This document shows positions 12,030-24,136 of a DNA stretch of 64,000 bases, in pieces (positions within the stretch are counted from its first letter, which is position 1; the number at the start of each line of letters is the position of its first letter). Both the position numbers and the translations under genes were made by a program. Under the pieces are notes generated by a model. It was not told the origin of the DNA. It did not search any database and was given only the letters and a program-made list of their open reading frames with translations. This stretch comes from Sminthopsis crassicaudata. Its lineage: Eukaryota. Location: contig NC_133618.1 of the NCBI RefSeq assembly GCF_048593235.1, forward strand, positions 475,981,294 through 476,045,293, read 5' to 3'.

Positions 12030-12440
12030 CACAACAACAACTAATGTTGATATGTTGCTTTAAAGTTTATAAAATCCTTTGCAAATATCTCACTTAATTC
12101 TCACAACAAACCCTTGGTGGTGGATGTCATTATTATACCCATTTTGCTGATGAGAAAATGGAGGCTTAAAGAGGTTAAATCAGGACTTCTTAAACTTTTT
12201 CCACTCATGATTCATTTTTGCCCAAGAAATTTGTACATGACCCCAAGTATATAGGTATATAAAATAGATTGACAAAGCATGCATTTATTGATAATAAATC
12301 ATGATTTTGCAAACTCCACATTCAGTTACACAAGTCCAGGTGGAGTTGAAAGTCTCAGTTGAAGAAGTTTTGAATTAAATGACTTGTTCAAGGTCACATA
12401 GGTAGTAAATGTCTGAGGACAGACTTGATACTGAGCTGGA
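12030..12440 (-). mobile_element. MIR split by a hAT MITE
   Basis: cccattttgctgatgagaaaatggaggcttaaagaggttaaat|...|gacttgttcaaggtcacatag. Confidence 0.8.
12181..12372 (+). mobile_element. hAT-superfamily MITE
   Basis: TIRs caggacttcttaaac / gttgaagaagttttg; 8-bp TSD ggttaaat / aattaaat (6 of 8 match). Confidence 0.8.
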
Positions 12441-14289
12441 AGAGTTTGTTTTTGTTTTCTGTTTTATTTTGAATTTTTTGTTTGTTTTTAAGTGGGCTCC
12501 ATCCCACAGAGTCATTTAGGTGATTGGAGTTAAGAAAATCTAGGTTCATATTCCTTTTGGGATATGTGCTGACCATGTGACACTGAACAAGTCACTTAAT
12601 ATCTCCAGGCCTCAATTTCCTGATTTGTAAAATTAGGGGAGCTGGATTCAATGACCTCTAAGGTCACTTTCAGCTCTAAATCTATAATCCTTTGTTGTTA
12701 TGCAATCCCAGGATGATTCTGCAAGTATTGAAAAACAGCAACAATGAAGAGATAGGCAGTGCTTGGCTTTTAAACAGATTATAATAACTCAATAATTCCT
12801 AGAATTGGGTAAGAATCTCTTAGATCCAGCTCCTTTCCCTGTCTGCATTTGCTCTATATTTTCTGATGAGTTTTTCTCAAGGTTAGTTTCTTGCTGGGGC
12901 ATCTGGCATATTTATACTTCAAAGTATCTTTGGGCCATTAATTACTAAAAGATGATAGATTATGAATTCTTGAGTGCTTTTCAGCTTTCCAAATCTCCCT
13001 TTTTTAGAGAACAAAAATAAAATGACTGTCAAGTTCAAGGTTATTATTTGATTCAAATAAATGGAAAAACAAAATATTGACATTCTTCATTTCCAAATAT
13101 GGATCTAAAGTTATAGGCAGTACTTGGGAAGTATTCAAACTTTTTGTGGTTCTAGGAACAGATGTAATTCTGGGAGGAAGACAAATGAAGGGGGAAAAGT
13201 CACAGAGAGTTACTTAGGAAAATGATGTTTAATTTCTTACTTAAGCCCTCTGGGAAATTTCTTCAGACAATTTTGAGAAAGATCAATAAGCAATGTTGCC
13301 AAGAATTTCTTTTCCATGCAAATTTTTACTTAAATACTTTGTTCTGTACTTAGTCCTCTAAGTTCTTCCTGAGGTAAATGTGAGGGAGGTCATGGGAGTA
13401 GGAGTTAACTCAAAGCATGAGGCTGTCATTCTCTATACTTCTCATTGCTATTGCCCAAATTTCCTTGAACAATATACTGGTTCCCTGAGTTAATTTGTCA
13501 TCTCCAAGCCTCTCCCTTAGCTTCTTTGTCCCAAAAAGATACCAATTCCAAGGAAATGATAGTGAGCTGAGAGGATGTTGGCCCTTCTAAGGTTCACCAT
13601 TCTATTTCCTTTTGCTTCATATGTTAGACCTAAAGTTTTCAAATCCATTAACTCTGATCTCTCTAAAAAGCTGTACAATCTGATTTGTGAGAATAGTTGG
13701 TCATTCAGGGAGGCCTGGTTTTAAGAAAAATCATTATTTAAGCCTTGTAATTATGAACAAATCATTTCTCCTCCCAAACTCCAATTCTTCATCAGTAAAA
13801 TTGATGAAGTTTGCCATTAAATGTTGGCATAAGGAAGTATATTGGGGTTATAGGCTGGTGTTGAGAGATGGGCCAAAGGCTTACACCATCTCCGAATCAA
13901 AAGGCAAACCTTTTATTATGTTCCTAACAGCAGGCAGAATTCCATATGAGGCTTTAGTGACTAACAAGAGGAAAGGGGAGAGCTAAGTTCCCTAGCCGAA
14001 CTCAATTAACTAGGGAGAAGATGTTATTAAGACATGGTAAGTTCTTAATGAATCCAATATTCCATAAGAGTGGCTAAATTCCTAAAAAAGGAGCTTATGG
14101 GGGGAGGAAGAATGGGGATAATAAAAGCACCTACCTCTCAGAGTTGTGAAGATTGAAGGAGATCATAATTGTAATGCTCTTAGCAGAATGTCTGGCACAT
14201 AGTAAACACTATATAAATTGTCAGTTATTAAACTAACCAACTCATTAACTAAATATGTGCAATGATTCACATTTATTAGCTTTCAACCT

Positions 14290-14620
14290 CTGTGAGGAGG
14301 GAGGAAGATTTGGTTTCAGTTTTTTCTGTTTGTTGTTTCTTCCATTTCCATTGTTTGAGTCATTCAATGTATTGTTTTCTTGGTTCTAATTGCTAAACTT
14401 TGCATCCGTTCATGTTTCCTCATGATTCCATGAATCCTTTGTATTATTTTGTCTTATAATACAGTCTTAAATTCATGTGTCACCATTTTAAGGCCCTTTT
14501 CCAATCAATGGCTGTTGACTTTAATTCTATTTATTTGCTGCTAAAAATATCTAGTGTTTATGCTATCAGACAAATTTTTATTTAAAAAAAGGATTTGTTA
14601 CTTTTAAAATATCTTTCTTG
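14290..14620 (-). mobile_element. Old L1 3' fragment
   Basis: attgttttcttggttctaattgctaaactttgcatccgttcatg..ttttccaatcaatggc. Confidence 0.6.
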
Positions 14621-15302
14621 ATTGTTATTTTTTTTTCAAGTAGTGAGCTTCCCTACTGATTTTGAAACCAGATCTTATTTATATGTTTCTTTCTAAATAG
14701 CAAACCCATCATGTAAAGTATAGAACATAAACTCAGTCCAAATCAGCTCCATTAAGAACCACGAAAAGGAAGATTGCATGGGCTAAGGCACCTAACCTGA
14801 GTTCCATGTCAGTTTTACTCAAACATTAAGTGAGAGTCTACTTTCAGAATTCACTGCAACAATTCTTCTGTGGCTTGCTACTCAGGTCTCTGGATTAAGT
14901 AGTTTGTGGCATCTATCATCATGGAATTTGGAACTGGAAAGGATACTAGAAATCATTTAGTTCATGAGGTAAAATGATATGTTTGCAGAGGCAAAAACTG
15001 AGATTTAGATCATCTTAGGCATGTTTTTTTATTTATTCATTCACACAAATATTAAGTAGCCACTATATTCAGGCCACTGACCAGAGATTGGGGGAGTGGA
15101 GAACTTTTCTTACATATAGAGTTTGCAATCTCGTAAAAGACACAAATATAGATAACTATATTATACAATATTACAATATTATTTTATAAATTCATTGAAA
15201 CATTGTAAAAGAAAGTATTTTAATTTGGTTGGTCAGGTTTTGTGACTAACCTAGAGAAACATGGAAAGGATGACTTTCTGAATTAGGCTTTAAAGAAAGT
15301 GT

Positions 15303-15449
15303 GGAGGCAACTAGGTGGGGCAATGGATAGAGCACCAGCCCTGAAGTCAGGAGGACCTGAGTTCAAATATGACCTCAGACACTTCCACTTCCTAGCTGTG
15401 TGACCCTGGGCAAGTCATGGAACCCCAGTTGCCTCAGGGAAAAAAAAGA
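15303..15449 (+). mobile_element. WSINE1
   Basis: gatagagcaccagccctgaagtcaggaggacctgagttcaaat..ttcctagctgtgtgaccctgggcaagtc plus A tail; aaagaaag on both flanks. Confidence 0.9.
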
Positions 15450-16658
15450 AAGCAAGTATGAGGTTGCTATAGGCATGAGAAATAATATGAACAAAACAGG
15501 GCATTGGGTAGGGGTAGACAGTAATGCGATTTTGAATTTCTTATGAATGTATTTTCTTATTTAACAAATTACACTTTTTTTAGTGTCATGATCAGAAAGT
15601 CCTTCTGTAATCCTAGAGATTAAGCAGTATCTTTACCTGGATGCAGTAAGGACCCAAGTTTAGAATTTCCTCTTTCCCTAAGTAATCCTTTGAAAGTATT
15701 CTAGCATTTTCTATATCACTCTTTACAGCTTTCTTCTCCTTCAAGGCAGTAGTTAATGGGATTTATTAAACTAGAATCATAGAAACACATATTGTAGTTC
15801 ATGTAAAGCACAATTCAGGTACTACTTCATTCATCAGATCCTTCCTACTCTCCCCACTTCACATCCCAAATAGAAGTACTTTCTCCTTCTTGAAACTGGT
15901 TTCTATATACCTTGTATTTACTTACTTTTCTCTATTTCCTATTATCTCCCCAATCCCCAATAGAATATAAAGCCCTTGAGGGCAAAGAACTGTTTAATTT
16001 TTACCTTTGTAATGCCCATCACCTCATATGTTACCTTGTCAAATACGTTACTATACGTATAGTAAGAAAAAGGTGAACTACTTTCTATGTGACTAATGAT
16101 CTGACAGGAAAGGAATCACTTCAGTATTATTTAAAAATCAAAGAGAAAAAAAAAGGGAAAGAGAATGGAATCTGCTGACTATAGGCCAGTGAGTTTGACA
16201 CTAATTCATGAGAAAATTCCATAATATACTGTTAAAGGGTTGGTTAATGAATATGTAGAAAAGAAAACAAGTATCACTAAAAGCTAGGAAATCTTCAGTC
16301 ACTGACAATAGACTCAGCAATTGCTCCATCTAGCTGGCCCCAAGGAATAATCTACCTCTTATTCAGTCAGATATCAAGGAACCTGGGTTTCCATGGGCAT
16401 TTTGCTATATTTCCTGCTACCATACAGACTTTCTCACTCACTACTTTTCATGTCTTACTTAGAAAACAGCCATCAAAATCAATGTTACCACTGCTACTTG
16501 AAAAGTCATCTACCCTATAGCTCTATTCACAATCACTATGATTTCCCAGATTGCAAATCTCTTCCCAATGTATTTAATCTTTCCCTGTTAGAATATAAGC
16601 TCTTGAAGGCAAGATCTGTCTAATTCATTTAATTCTGCAAAATGAAAATATATAGTAC

Positions 16659-16795
16659 TGGGACAGCTAGATGGAGCAGTGGATAGAGCAAGAGGACCTG
16701 AGTTCAAATTTGACCTCAGATCCTTAACATTTTACTAACTGTGTGACCCTAGGCAAGTCATTTAATCCCAACTGCCTTGAAAAGAAGAAGAAGAA
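16659..16795 (+). mobile_element. WSINE1-like SINE with head deletion
   Basis: gggacagctagatggagcagtggatagagc|aagaggacctgagttcaaat. Confidence 0.8.
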
Positions 16796-16829
16796 CTTTT
16801 AAATTTTGTGATTGTAAACAATGGAAAGT

Positions 16830-18960
16830 CAGTGAAATTTATTAAGTAGGAAAATTACATGGTTGGACCTATTGGATCTGTACTTTCAAAAAATCACTTT
16901 TGTGTGCAGTTATGAGAAGATGATGGCTTGCATCAGAGTGTTGGCAGTGTCAGGGGTAAGAAGAAGACATATTTAAGAAGTACTTCAAAGATAAAATTGA
17001 TAATTTATGGCAACAGAACATATATGGGTTGGCAGGGTGAGAAATAGTGAAGAGTTGAGGATGACCCCAAGGTTGTAAATCTGAGGACTGGGGAGAATGG
17101 TATTGACCTTTGTAATATCAGGTGAGATAGGAGTGGGTCAAGGCTCATGGGCAAAAGACATATTTAGTTTTGGATGTCTACTGGACATCCAATTTGAGAT
17201 TATAAAAGGCAATTTTAAATTTGAGGTCAGTAGAGAAGTTGGTGCAGGATAGGTTAATTTGAAAATTGTCAGCATTCAGATGGTAATTAAATCAATGGTT
17301 GCTGATGAGATTACCAAGTGAAGTAGAATAAAGGGAGAAGAGAAGACCCAGGCTAGAACTCCAAGGAAAATGATGTGAGCTGGATGAAGATCCAGCCAAA
17401 AAAACTGAGAGTGTTTAAATATGTAGTTTTAAAAAAAGCCAGGAAAGACTGTATCTTGCTATTTTAATGTAATGAAAAGATCAGAAATAGGATTGTAAAG
17501 ATTCAAGAAGAGAGTGAGAGGAGAAAGAATAAAAGCACCTATTGTAGAAGATCTTTTCAAGGAGTTTAGCCACAAAGGGCACAAGAGATTTAGGGTAATA
17601 GTAGGAATGGAAAAACCAAGTGAGTGGTTTTTTCCCAGAATTGGGGAGACATGGGCATGTTAGCAGTAAGTAAGGGGTCAGTAAATAGGGAGAAATTGAA
17701 AATAAGTAAAGGAATGGCTATGACAAAAGAGATAATCTATCAGTGGAGATGGGACAGAATGGAAGACCTTGAAGAGGTAGAGAATATAACCTTGGTAAAG
17801 AGTAAAGCCACTTCCTCATATGAGATAGAGGCAAAGGAAGAATTAGTGGCAGAAGGCATCTGAGTGGTATGAAATGAGAAGGAAGGGAGAGGAGGGACCT
17901 CATGATCAGTGGCCTATAATTTTTTTCTCAATAAGAGTAAGGTGAGGATCTCTAAGGATTATGAGAAGTTTGGGAAGGGATGAAAAGGTTTGTCAGGGCA
18001 TCTATGGAGGAAGTGAGTTGATAAGGGAGGTATAGTAGGATTGTCTTGTAGTAGTGAGGTTCACTTACAGTATAACACAAAGTTTTAGTGTTCCCAGTTA
18101 CAACAGTTGTATGATTTTTTTTCATAGAAGCCAGGTGGAGAATGATGGGAGTAATCCAAAACTAAGGCTTGTCAGGTTGCTTTGGAATATAATAAGGGAA
18201 CTAGGTTATTCAAGAGATTAGAGAAGGAGGAAAAAGTAGAGAGTGGCTAGTGGAGAGATAGCCTGAGAGAGAACTAAGATGGGGAAGGATAGGATGTCAT
18301 AGTCTGGACAAAGAGTAGGGTTTGATAAGTGAAGCTCGAGGGAGAGATGGAAAAACAACAAATAATATTCAGATAAAGAAACTTCATAATTCTTAAATAT
18401 GGAAGTGGCACATTTATGGGTAATGGCAAGATCAAAATAAGCCATCTTTGTTTCTAGTTAAGGTAGGATAGTAGAATAGCCTTCTCGATATGGCTACATT
18501 AAGGAACTAAGTTATTAGGATGTTGGAGTGAGAGTCAATATGTATTTTGAAGTTCCTAAAAATGAGGCCAGAAATTGGGGAAGAGAAAAATAAAATTCAC
18601 TGAAGAAGAAAGAGGTGTGACCTGGGGATTTATAGACAATAACTGCCAGGGTTTTGATTGGGTGGAAGATATGAATTACATAAACCTCTAAAGAGAAGTT
18701 AATGAATGATAGAGGTAAGGAAAGAAGCTGGAAGTGGCAATGGTGAGCAAAGGTTAGTCCTACTCCCTAGCCTCTGCCAGGGAACTGAGGATAATGCATG
18801 AAGGTATAGATAATGCTCACTGGAAAAGGTGGATAGGGAGGCTGTGTCATTAGGGCGGAGCCAGGTTCAGTTTAGCTGAAAAGTGGAAAGACTGGGAGAG
18901 AAAATAATTTAAGTACAAGGAATATTCATTACCTATGGAGCAGGACTATCGCCTTTAGGA
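16830..18960 (-). mobile_element. Long L2 LINE remnant reaching the endonuclease domain
   Basis: Minus-strand TLAVIVYKSPGH (~18650) and FDLAITHKCATSIFKNYEVSLSEYYLL (ORF 18218-18445; cf. L2 LDLAIT..SEIPLSDHNLL). Confidence 0.8.
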
Positions 18961-19858
18961 AGAAATACAAACCTTCAGTTCACTATTTAGAGATCTCCTC
19001 AATGTGATTCCATTCTAGTTTTCTAATCTTTTTTGCTATTCATTACTCAACTTTCAGTAAAGCACCTTCCAGCAATACAAACCTATTTCTTGTTCACTAA
19101 ATTTGACATTTCATCTTCTGTCTGTAAATCTTTAATTAGGTTTCCCTGGACCACCCTTTTGTCAGATCACCAAATCTTAGAATTTCTCTTTTAAAGGCTC
19201 ACTTCATGTGCCACCTTTTATAACAAACCTCTTCTGATCCCCTTAGGTGTTAGTGTTCTCTGAATAATCAAATTGTTCTGTATACAAATATCAAGGATAT
19301 TCTGGAGCCCACTAGAACCACAACTAATTATTAAATTTCAATGTATTAATACACTTTTAGAGAAAGAAAATTTTGTTTGCTTCATAGTGATTTCTGGGAC
19401 TCTCCTAGGAAATTCTTGTTTTTGATTAAAATCTGAAGAAACCAACATCTCAAATACAGATCTGAAATAGTAGACCAAGACATGTGGTAATTCCTCTTTA
19501 AAAGAAAATAGCAGTTAATAGGTTGCAAACTTTGAAGTTATACCTGTTTTGCAAATTATCCAAGATTTATATTATTGTTTTTAGAATGGTGATCTAATCA
19601 ATGGAAATTCTATACTTTCTAGTTTGACAGCTGTGATTCTGAGTCAGGATATCAAGCAAATTCAAAAATTTAGAAGAGAGAAGGAGATTCTTTGGGTATT
19701 TAATCCCTGTTCCTTCATTTACCTATTTAAGATCCCAAATCTATTTTGGAAAATTCCTTTCAACAAGAAGACTGATGAATTATTACTAAACATCTCCCTT
19801 GGTATTGTCCAACATGTCATATGCATTGTTTTTCATAATATTATTGAATTATCTTTTA

Positions 19859-20032
19859 ATTATAATTTTTATTTACCAGATATATGCATGGGTAATTTTA
19901 CAGCATTGACAATTGCCAAAACTTTTGTTCCAATTTTTCCCCTCCTTTCCCCCCCACAGATGGCAGGTTGACCAATACATGTTAAATATGTTAGAGTATA
20001 AATTAAATACAATATATGTATATATGTCCAAA
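19859..20032 (-). mobile_element. 5'-truncated L1 3' UTR insertion
   Basis: Perfect 14-bp TSD tgaattatctttta (19845-19858, 20033-20046). Confidence 0.85.
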
Positions 20033-20074
20033 TGAATTATCTTTTAGCTACATAACAGGGAATAAGTAAAGCAT

Positions 20075-20335
20075 AGCAAGTAGGTGGTGCAGTGGATAGA
20101 ATACCTGATCTGGCATCAGAAAAACCTGAATTCCAATCTGATGTCAGACACTTGATAGTTGTGTGAACCTGAGCAAGTCACTAAATCCTGTTTGCCTCAG
20201 TTTCCTTATCTGTAAAATGCTCTGGAAAAGGCCATGGCAAACTACTCTAGCATCTTCACCAAGAAAACCCCATGTGGGGTTATAAAGACTAGGCATGGAC
20301 ATGACTAAAATAATTGAACAACAAAAATAAAACAA
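20075..20335 (+). mobile_element. MAR1-type CORE-SINE
   Basis: Head, CORE tgcctcagtttccttatctgtaaaatg, and RTE-like tail atggcaaactactctagcatcttcaccaagaaaacccc. Confidence 0.85.
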
Positions 20336-21199
20336 AATTAAGAGCATTCTATCATGTCAATAACATTACCAAATGGAACCCCCTTCCTCCAAAATATTCT
20401 TCTTTTGTTGTTCATCTGGAGAAAGTTGCTCCAGAGTGAAGTATTTTTTATTTTATTTATTCATTTATTTTTGGTATGGAACTGTAATTTCACCAATATA
20501 GGAGACCTTTTAATGGAAACTTTCTTCACAGATACAAATTAGCAACTGTCTAACTTAAAATCTTAGAGAGTAGCCTATGTCACTGATACATACCCTCTAG
20601 CACACAATGTCAAATGCAGGATTTGCCACCAGAACTTCTTACCTCAAAGGTAAATTCTACCCACTAAGCAACACTCCTTTTTATTAGATATGATATACAA
20701 AACCTATCTTATTAACCAGGAAAAGACTCATGCACATTTAAAGAACCTGGAGGACAGTGAAAAGTCCTTTGGCCAGTCCCCTAGCTCAAGTAAATCTTTG
20801 TCTCATCAATCTAACAGGGATGGAAGGAACTTGAGAGATCACCTTGTCCAATCCTATCAATTTAGAGACAAAACTGAGTCCCAGAGAGAGGAGGTAATTT
20901 GTTCAGAGTCATTCAAAATCAAAAATCAAGCCCAGGTTCTAACTCTAAATCCAGTTCTCCTTCAACTAGATCACACAGTCCCCTCAGTCTCGTTCTAAAA
21001 AATTTCCAAGGATAGACATGATCTAAACATACTGAAGAAGTCACCTCACTTTTTTTTTTTTCTGAGCCAAAAGTATTATGCATGCTGATTATCCAATCTT
21101 TATGACTGGTAATTAATGGGTTAACAATTGTAGTTTTCCTCTTAGGTAAAAGGTGTGATATAAAAAGGCACAGGATGTGTTTATTCGACCAACCACTCA

Positions 21200-22060
21200 C
21201 ACTGGAAGCCAGAATTCTGTAGGTTAAAATCCAACTTTCTTTTTTCCCCCACTGATGCCGTGGACATATTTTGAAGCTTTTAATATATTGGCAGACTACA
21301 CTGCAGACTTTGGCGTTTAAACAAAGATTACTTAGGCCTTGATCCCAAACTCACTTTTGTAATCCCCCCCGTATAAGCAACTCCTCTTGGAAAATGCCAT
21401 GGGAGTTCCCCATGCATGAGAGACAACCGAGGGCCTGGGTCAGAGCTGAAGATAATTAGGAATATACATTGTGGTAAAGTATTTTATTTTCCTTGGCTCC
21501 TTGCAAAATTGGCATCCTTTCTGGCTAATGCTATTGTAATGTCAGACCATTGGCATGCTGCAATGGGGCTTAGAGCATAGAGGGGACAGACATTGTGAAC
21601 TGTAGACTGGAGCTATTCAAAGTTAACCATTGGTTTGATGACCAATAATGCCAGATGACAAGCCCAGTCTTCATTAAAGCTAAGCCAAATTACAATGGCC
21701 CACGATTTTATGATCTTCCACAGGCCTCTCCATTTGCACACAGAATCTCCCGACTGCAATTAGGCCAAAGAATGCTGCTTCCTAGTTGCACCTCTTAAAG
21801 CCTAGGACCAGGTTGATTTGTTTAATCATGGCCCCCAGTTGCATCTTTGCATAGGCCATAATGACTATGAGTATCACACTTTGGAAAATAATTCTGAGAA
21901 TGGATGTTTGCTACTAATGTGTAGAAGGGATTGTGGAGGATGATTAGGGTTCATTGGCTGGTTTGCAATGCAAATACTTAACCTGATGTATTATCTAAGT
22001 ATTGGTTTTATTTTTATTCAATTGTCTGCATGTTCATTCCTATTTATGACTACGTTTTAC
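21200..22060. promoter_or_regulatory. Candidate conserved non-coding element
   Basis: About 850 bp with no recognised TE; ACAATGG 21692, TTTTATGA 21706, ATGCAAAT 21968. Confidence 0.35.
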
Positions 22061-22299
22061 ATGCATGCTCCTTGAGGGCAGGACACATTTTTAACCAGCA
22101 TGCCTTGCAAATATTGTATATGCAAATAGATAATTGGAATATTAACTAGACTATTATTTTTTTTCTACATTTAGCTCCTAAAATAACAATTAAAGTTCAA
22201 ATTTCAGCAGCACTTTTAGGTTTGCAGAGTATATTTCTCAGAATCATTCTGGGAGATAGTTAGAACAAACATTGCTAGCCTTATTTTTAAGTTCTTTCT

Positions 22300-22465
22300 C
22301 TTTTTCTCTCTCTCTTTGTTCTATCTGTCTATCTCTCTCCACACACATACAGAGACAGAAAGATCCACACTTGGAGAGAGAGGCAGAGAGACAGAGAAAC
22401 ACAGAGATAGACATACAGACAGAGATGAGGAGAGGGAGAGAAATGAGGAGAGGGAGAGAGAGACA
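22300..22465. repeat. CT/GA-rich simple repeat
   Basis: (CT)n then (GAGACA)-like units. Confidence 0.85.
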
Positions 22466-23559
22466 TAAATAGTAAAGGACTTCTATTGAGCTTGTGTTAA
22501 GAATTAGGAATATAAATACAAACAAACAAAGCAGTTCCTACTCTTGGAGAGCTTTACATATTACATATTAATATTAATTAGTAAGAAAAATGAACTATAA
22601 AGGGGAACTGGACAATAGAGGTAGAGGTGGGGGTTGGGAATCAAGAGATTGAGTTGAGCTGTGAGAAAAGTGAACATGTGTGGGGCCCCTCATAAAATGG
22701 CTATCCTGCCTAGGGACTCATCAATCAGGAGCAGGACCCAGCTACACAGCTAGTTAAATAGTGATGTCAAGGTTCAAATCCATGTATCCTGACTTCTAGT
22801 CTATTTAGCCCTCTTTCTCTTGCATTATGTGTGTTGTCTAGAAACCACTGAAGCTACTAAAAAAAAAAAAAATTTTTTTGAATGAATAAAGGTCATCCCT
22901 GGACACTGGGAACCAGAGGAAAAGAATTCACAAATATACTTCTGGCACACAACTAGTCATTTCAGTCCAATCAATGATCCCATCACTTAATTTGAAAGAC
23001 AGGAAAGGGGTGGGGAGAATAGGACTATCAAGTTGTCTGAATTGCCTAGCATTTTGAATGAAATAACCAATTAAGCTAAAATCTTCCTTGATGACCAATA
23101 GCTCTAAACTTAATATTTATTGTGAGAAATATTATTCATAGAAGTGGGCTGTTCAGAACTGAGAGAGAAAAAGAAAGAAGAAGAGGGAGATGTAGAAGGA
23201 AGGGAAATAGAGAGATGAAACGGAGGGAGAAGAATAAAAGAAAAAAAGGGGAGGGGGAGAGACAGAGAAAACATCTCTTTATTTGTTTAAAAAAACTTAT
23301 AAAAATCTCACCTACTAATATTCACCTGAGAAGTAAAAGAGTACCTCATACATTCAATACAATGCCCATGTTAGTTGAGGTGATGGGTCTAAGAAATTGA
23401 AAGGAAGTAAGAAATATGAGAAAGGATTCTTATTTCAAGCTGATCGTGATATAAAATGGGCTTCTCATCTTTGAGGAGCTGCAAAATTTCAAAATGTCTT
23501 CTGCTCTTTCTTAAAAGTGCCATTTGTTATACTCAAATACTTGATCAATGTGGATATTC

Positions 23560-23930
23560 TCTGAACCATTGCAGATTGCCACTTGTCTGACTTTTGTCCA
23601 TGTCCTCTTGTAAGTGTACCATGAGGGAATCCACTCAATTATTGCATGTAGGCTGTCTATCAGTTGTGCCTCATTCTCATCTTGGGACCAACCTATTATC
23701 TCTTTCCTTCATATATTTCTTTGAAGACATCTTTTGTTCTGGTTGTCTTTTATAACTCCTTGTTTGTAAAATGTTGTAATCTTCTCTTGCTCAACTTTTG
23801 CCTTCTGGGCAAAGCTCATTTTCAGTTCTATGGAGATTTTATATAGATTGTCTTGACTACAACCATACAGTTCTGATAGAATATTAGTATTAAAAAGATG
23901 GACCTCTATTTCACAGAGAAAGTTGGGGAT
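23560..23930 (-). mobile_element. RTE LINE ORF2 3' remnant
   Basis: Reverse complement ggtccatctttttaatactaatattct..cccagaaggcaa.. resembles the RTE RT C-terminal region; homologous to 28240-28670. Confidence 0.6.
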
Positions 23931-24136
23931 ATTAAAAAAAAAAACTTTGTAACACCCCCCCAAAAAAATATCTCTACCTGTTTTGCCTTTTGGTATATGC
24001 TTGTCCATGTAGTCATACATAGTTTGGAAGACAGTCTATAGACTGTCTATAGACAGTCTTCTATTATAATATATATCTTGGACACACATTGCAAATAAGC
24101 AATGATCTGGGGCCCGATTTGTCATTTGCTGCATAG

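Noticed and set aside
13316-13323. Isolated ATGCAAAT octamers (also 2375, 22120, 46943)
   Set aside because: Several are expected by chance in AT-rich DNA, and most lie within TEs without partner motifs
15303-15449. tRNA-like A/B boxes (also 1693, 29089, 53386)
   Set aside because: These are SINE heads followed by CORE and A tail; no cloverleaf or tRNA gene
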